Part shown: positions 62,641 through 64,000 of the stretch, piece by piece | How positions within the stretch are numbered: the first letter of the stretch is position 1 | Layout: each line of letters starts with the position of its first letter | Assembly: GCA_963924565.1 (NCBI GenBank) | Contig: OZ004609.1 | Span: 10,788,001 to 10,852,000 of the forward strand | DNA: 64,000 bases | Source: Ascidiella aspersa | Lineage: Eukaryota | Direction of reading: 5' to 3' | The notes under the pieces: model-generated | The model's input: the letters and a program-made list of their open reading frames with translations, nothing else | Databases searched by the model: none | What the model was told of the DNA's origin: nothing | Translations under genes and position numbers: made by a program

Positions 62641-63554
62641 TAAAAAAATATTGTTCAAATTGAATTTATAGGTCTCACTCATTCTTGTTGGTCCACAGTC
62701 TAAAACTCTAGATCAGTGGGTCTCAACCTTTGTAAGTATTTAAACCCTTTCGGTTAGTTTAATAAGTAAAATATTCATCCAAGGCAAATCAATTTAGGAA
62801 TAATTTTTACCCTATGATATCTATGCACTTTCAAACTTGCAACCTATTTTTTTTGTGTTTGATCCAGACTTTTTTATACTATATCCTACCAAAGCTGTTG
62901 GTGTATGGCTGAATAAACTTGGTCAATGTTGAAGTTTCATATGCCTGTATAGCTGCCTTTGCATTTTGAATGGAAAACCACTGCAATTATATGAAACACA
63001 ACTAGCTGTTGATTATACGCAATAAACTGGCTACTCAAAACACATAAAATAAGTATCCTTTTAGGGTATATAAATATTTTTCTTACTTCTACTGCAGGTA
63101 TATACCTTTTGGCAAGCAATTATTGTCAGGTACCAAATTAATTGTACACTTCTGAAAGGAAATTAACAAATTGAAATTTATTTTTGAAGCCTCAACTATT
63201 TATCATAGTTAAAATCTAGTACCTCCGTCTCACTACTGTCCACATCTTTAATGACTATGCTCTTCTATAAATGGATAAAGAATTACAGTATGCAAATTAT
63301 AAAAATTTTACAAATACTAGCCAAATTTTACCTTGTTTATATTAGGAAAATGCACAATGCATCCTGTAACCCTTTGAATTATTTTATCTTTTTTTTTTCT
63401 CCCCTTTGGAGGCTTCACATGAAACCTGTTAACAAAATTTTATATTTATCATTTTATCTCAGAAACATAGGGGAAATATATACGTTTTTTTAGTAAAGGT
63501 AATAGTTTTCAATTTGAATCTGTTACCTAAAACTGTGGTAGCAAAACAACCTCA

Positions 63555-64000
63555 ACCGCAAGTTCGTACAGAGGCCGAAAATGGGCTTTTACAACGGTAG
63601 CTGGGAAGCCTGGGATAACCCAGACGGATCGCTGCACCATCTATGTAGGGCCCCTCGAGAAAGGCAACTCGAACATACCCCACCATCATGGGATGTGCAT
63701 CATGAAGAGTCAGGAGGTGGGAGTGCAACCAATGGCAATAACCAAGAAGAAAGCGTCAGACCTACTCAAAAAGCTAGGGTTTACATTGACATACATAGCG
63801 GCAATCAAGAATCAAGCAGAATGGTGCAGGTACATGTACAAGCACGCCGAACCAACCGACGTACCCGAACTAAAGAAAATGGCAAAGAACCAAGTACCCA
63901 AATGGACGGTAGAGGAAGCTAAAAAAGGTATCTACCATATCATAAATCAAGAAAAAAATATAGAATATAACCAGGACCAACTAACGACCGACGAGCTACT
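63555..64000 (+). pseudogene. rep: Endogenous ssDNA virus Rep, copy D (5'-clipped, in-frame internal deletion, runs off the window)
   Basis: YRGRKWAFTTVAGKPG...PHHHG...YMYKHAEPTDVPE joins directly to LKKMAKNQVPKW. Very close to copy B. Confidence 0.93.

Overview
AT-rich eukaryotic DNA, probably from an invertebrate animal (inferred from short GT-AG introns and animal-type transposons). It is almost entirely nested mobile elements and I can support no ordinary host gene. Transposons: hAT, Merlin-like MITEs, Mutator-like (SWIM/Ulp1/PHD) elements, two different KDZ/Zisupton-type transposases, a Harbinger MADF derivative, an ISL2EU element (THAP-DDE plus SAP-SWIM-YqaJ genes) carrying a young Gypsy LTR element, and P-element remnants. 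The most striking content is four integrated pieces of one ssDNA virus family (5.4-6.2 kb, 10.2-13.2 kb, 16.4-18.8 kb, 63.55-64 kb). This virus pairs a CRESS-type HUH/SF3 Rep with a parvovirus-like PLA2 capsid gene. Each gene block is bracketed by related ~90-nt hairpins, and two clearly different strains sit behind near-identical 3.25-kb host flanks. All calls come from motif recognition and alignment by eye; no searches were run.
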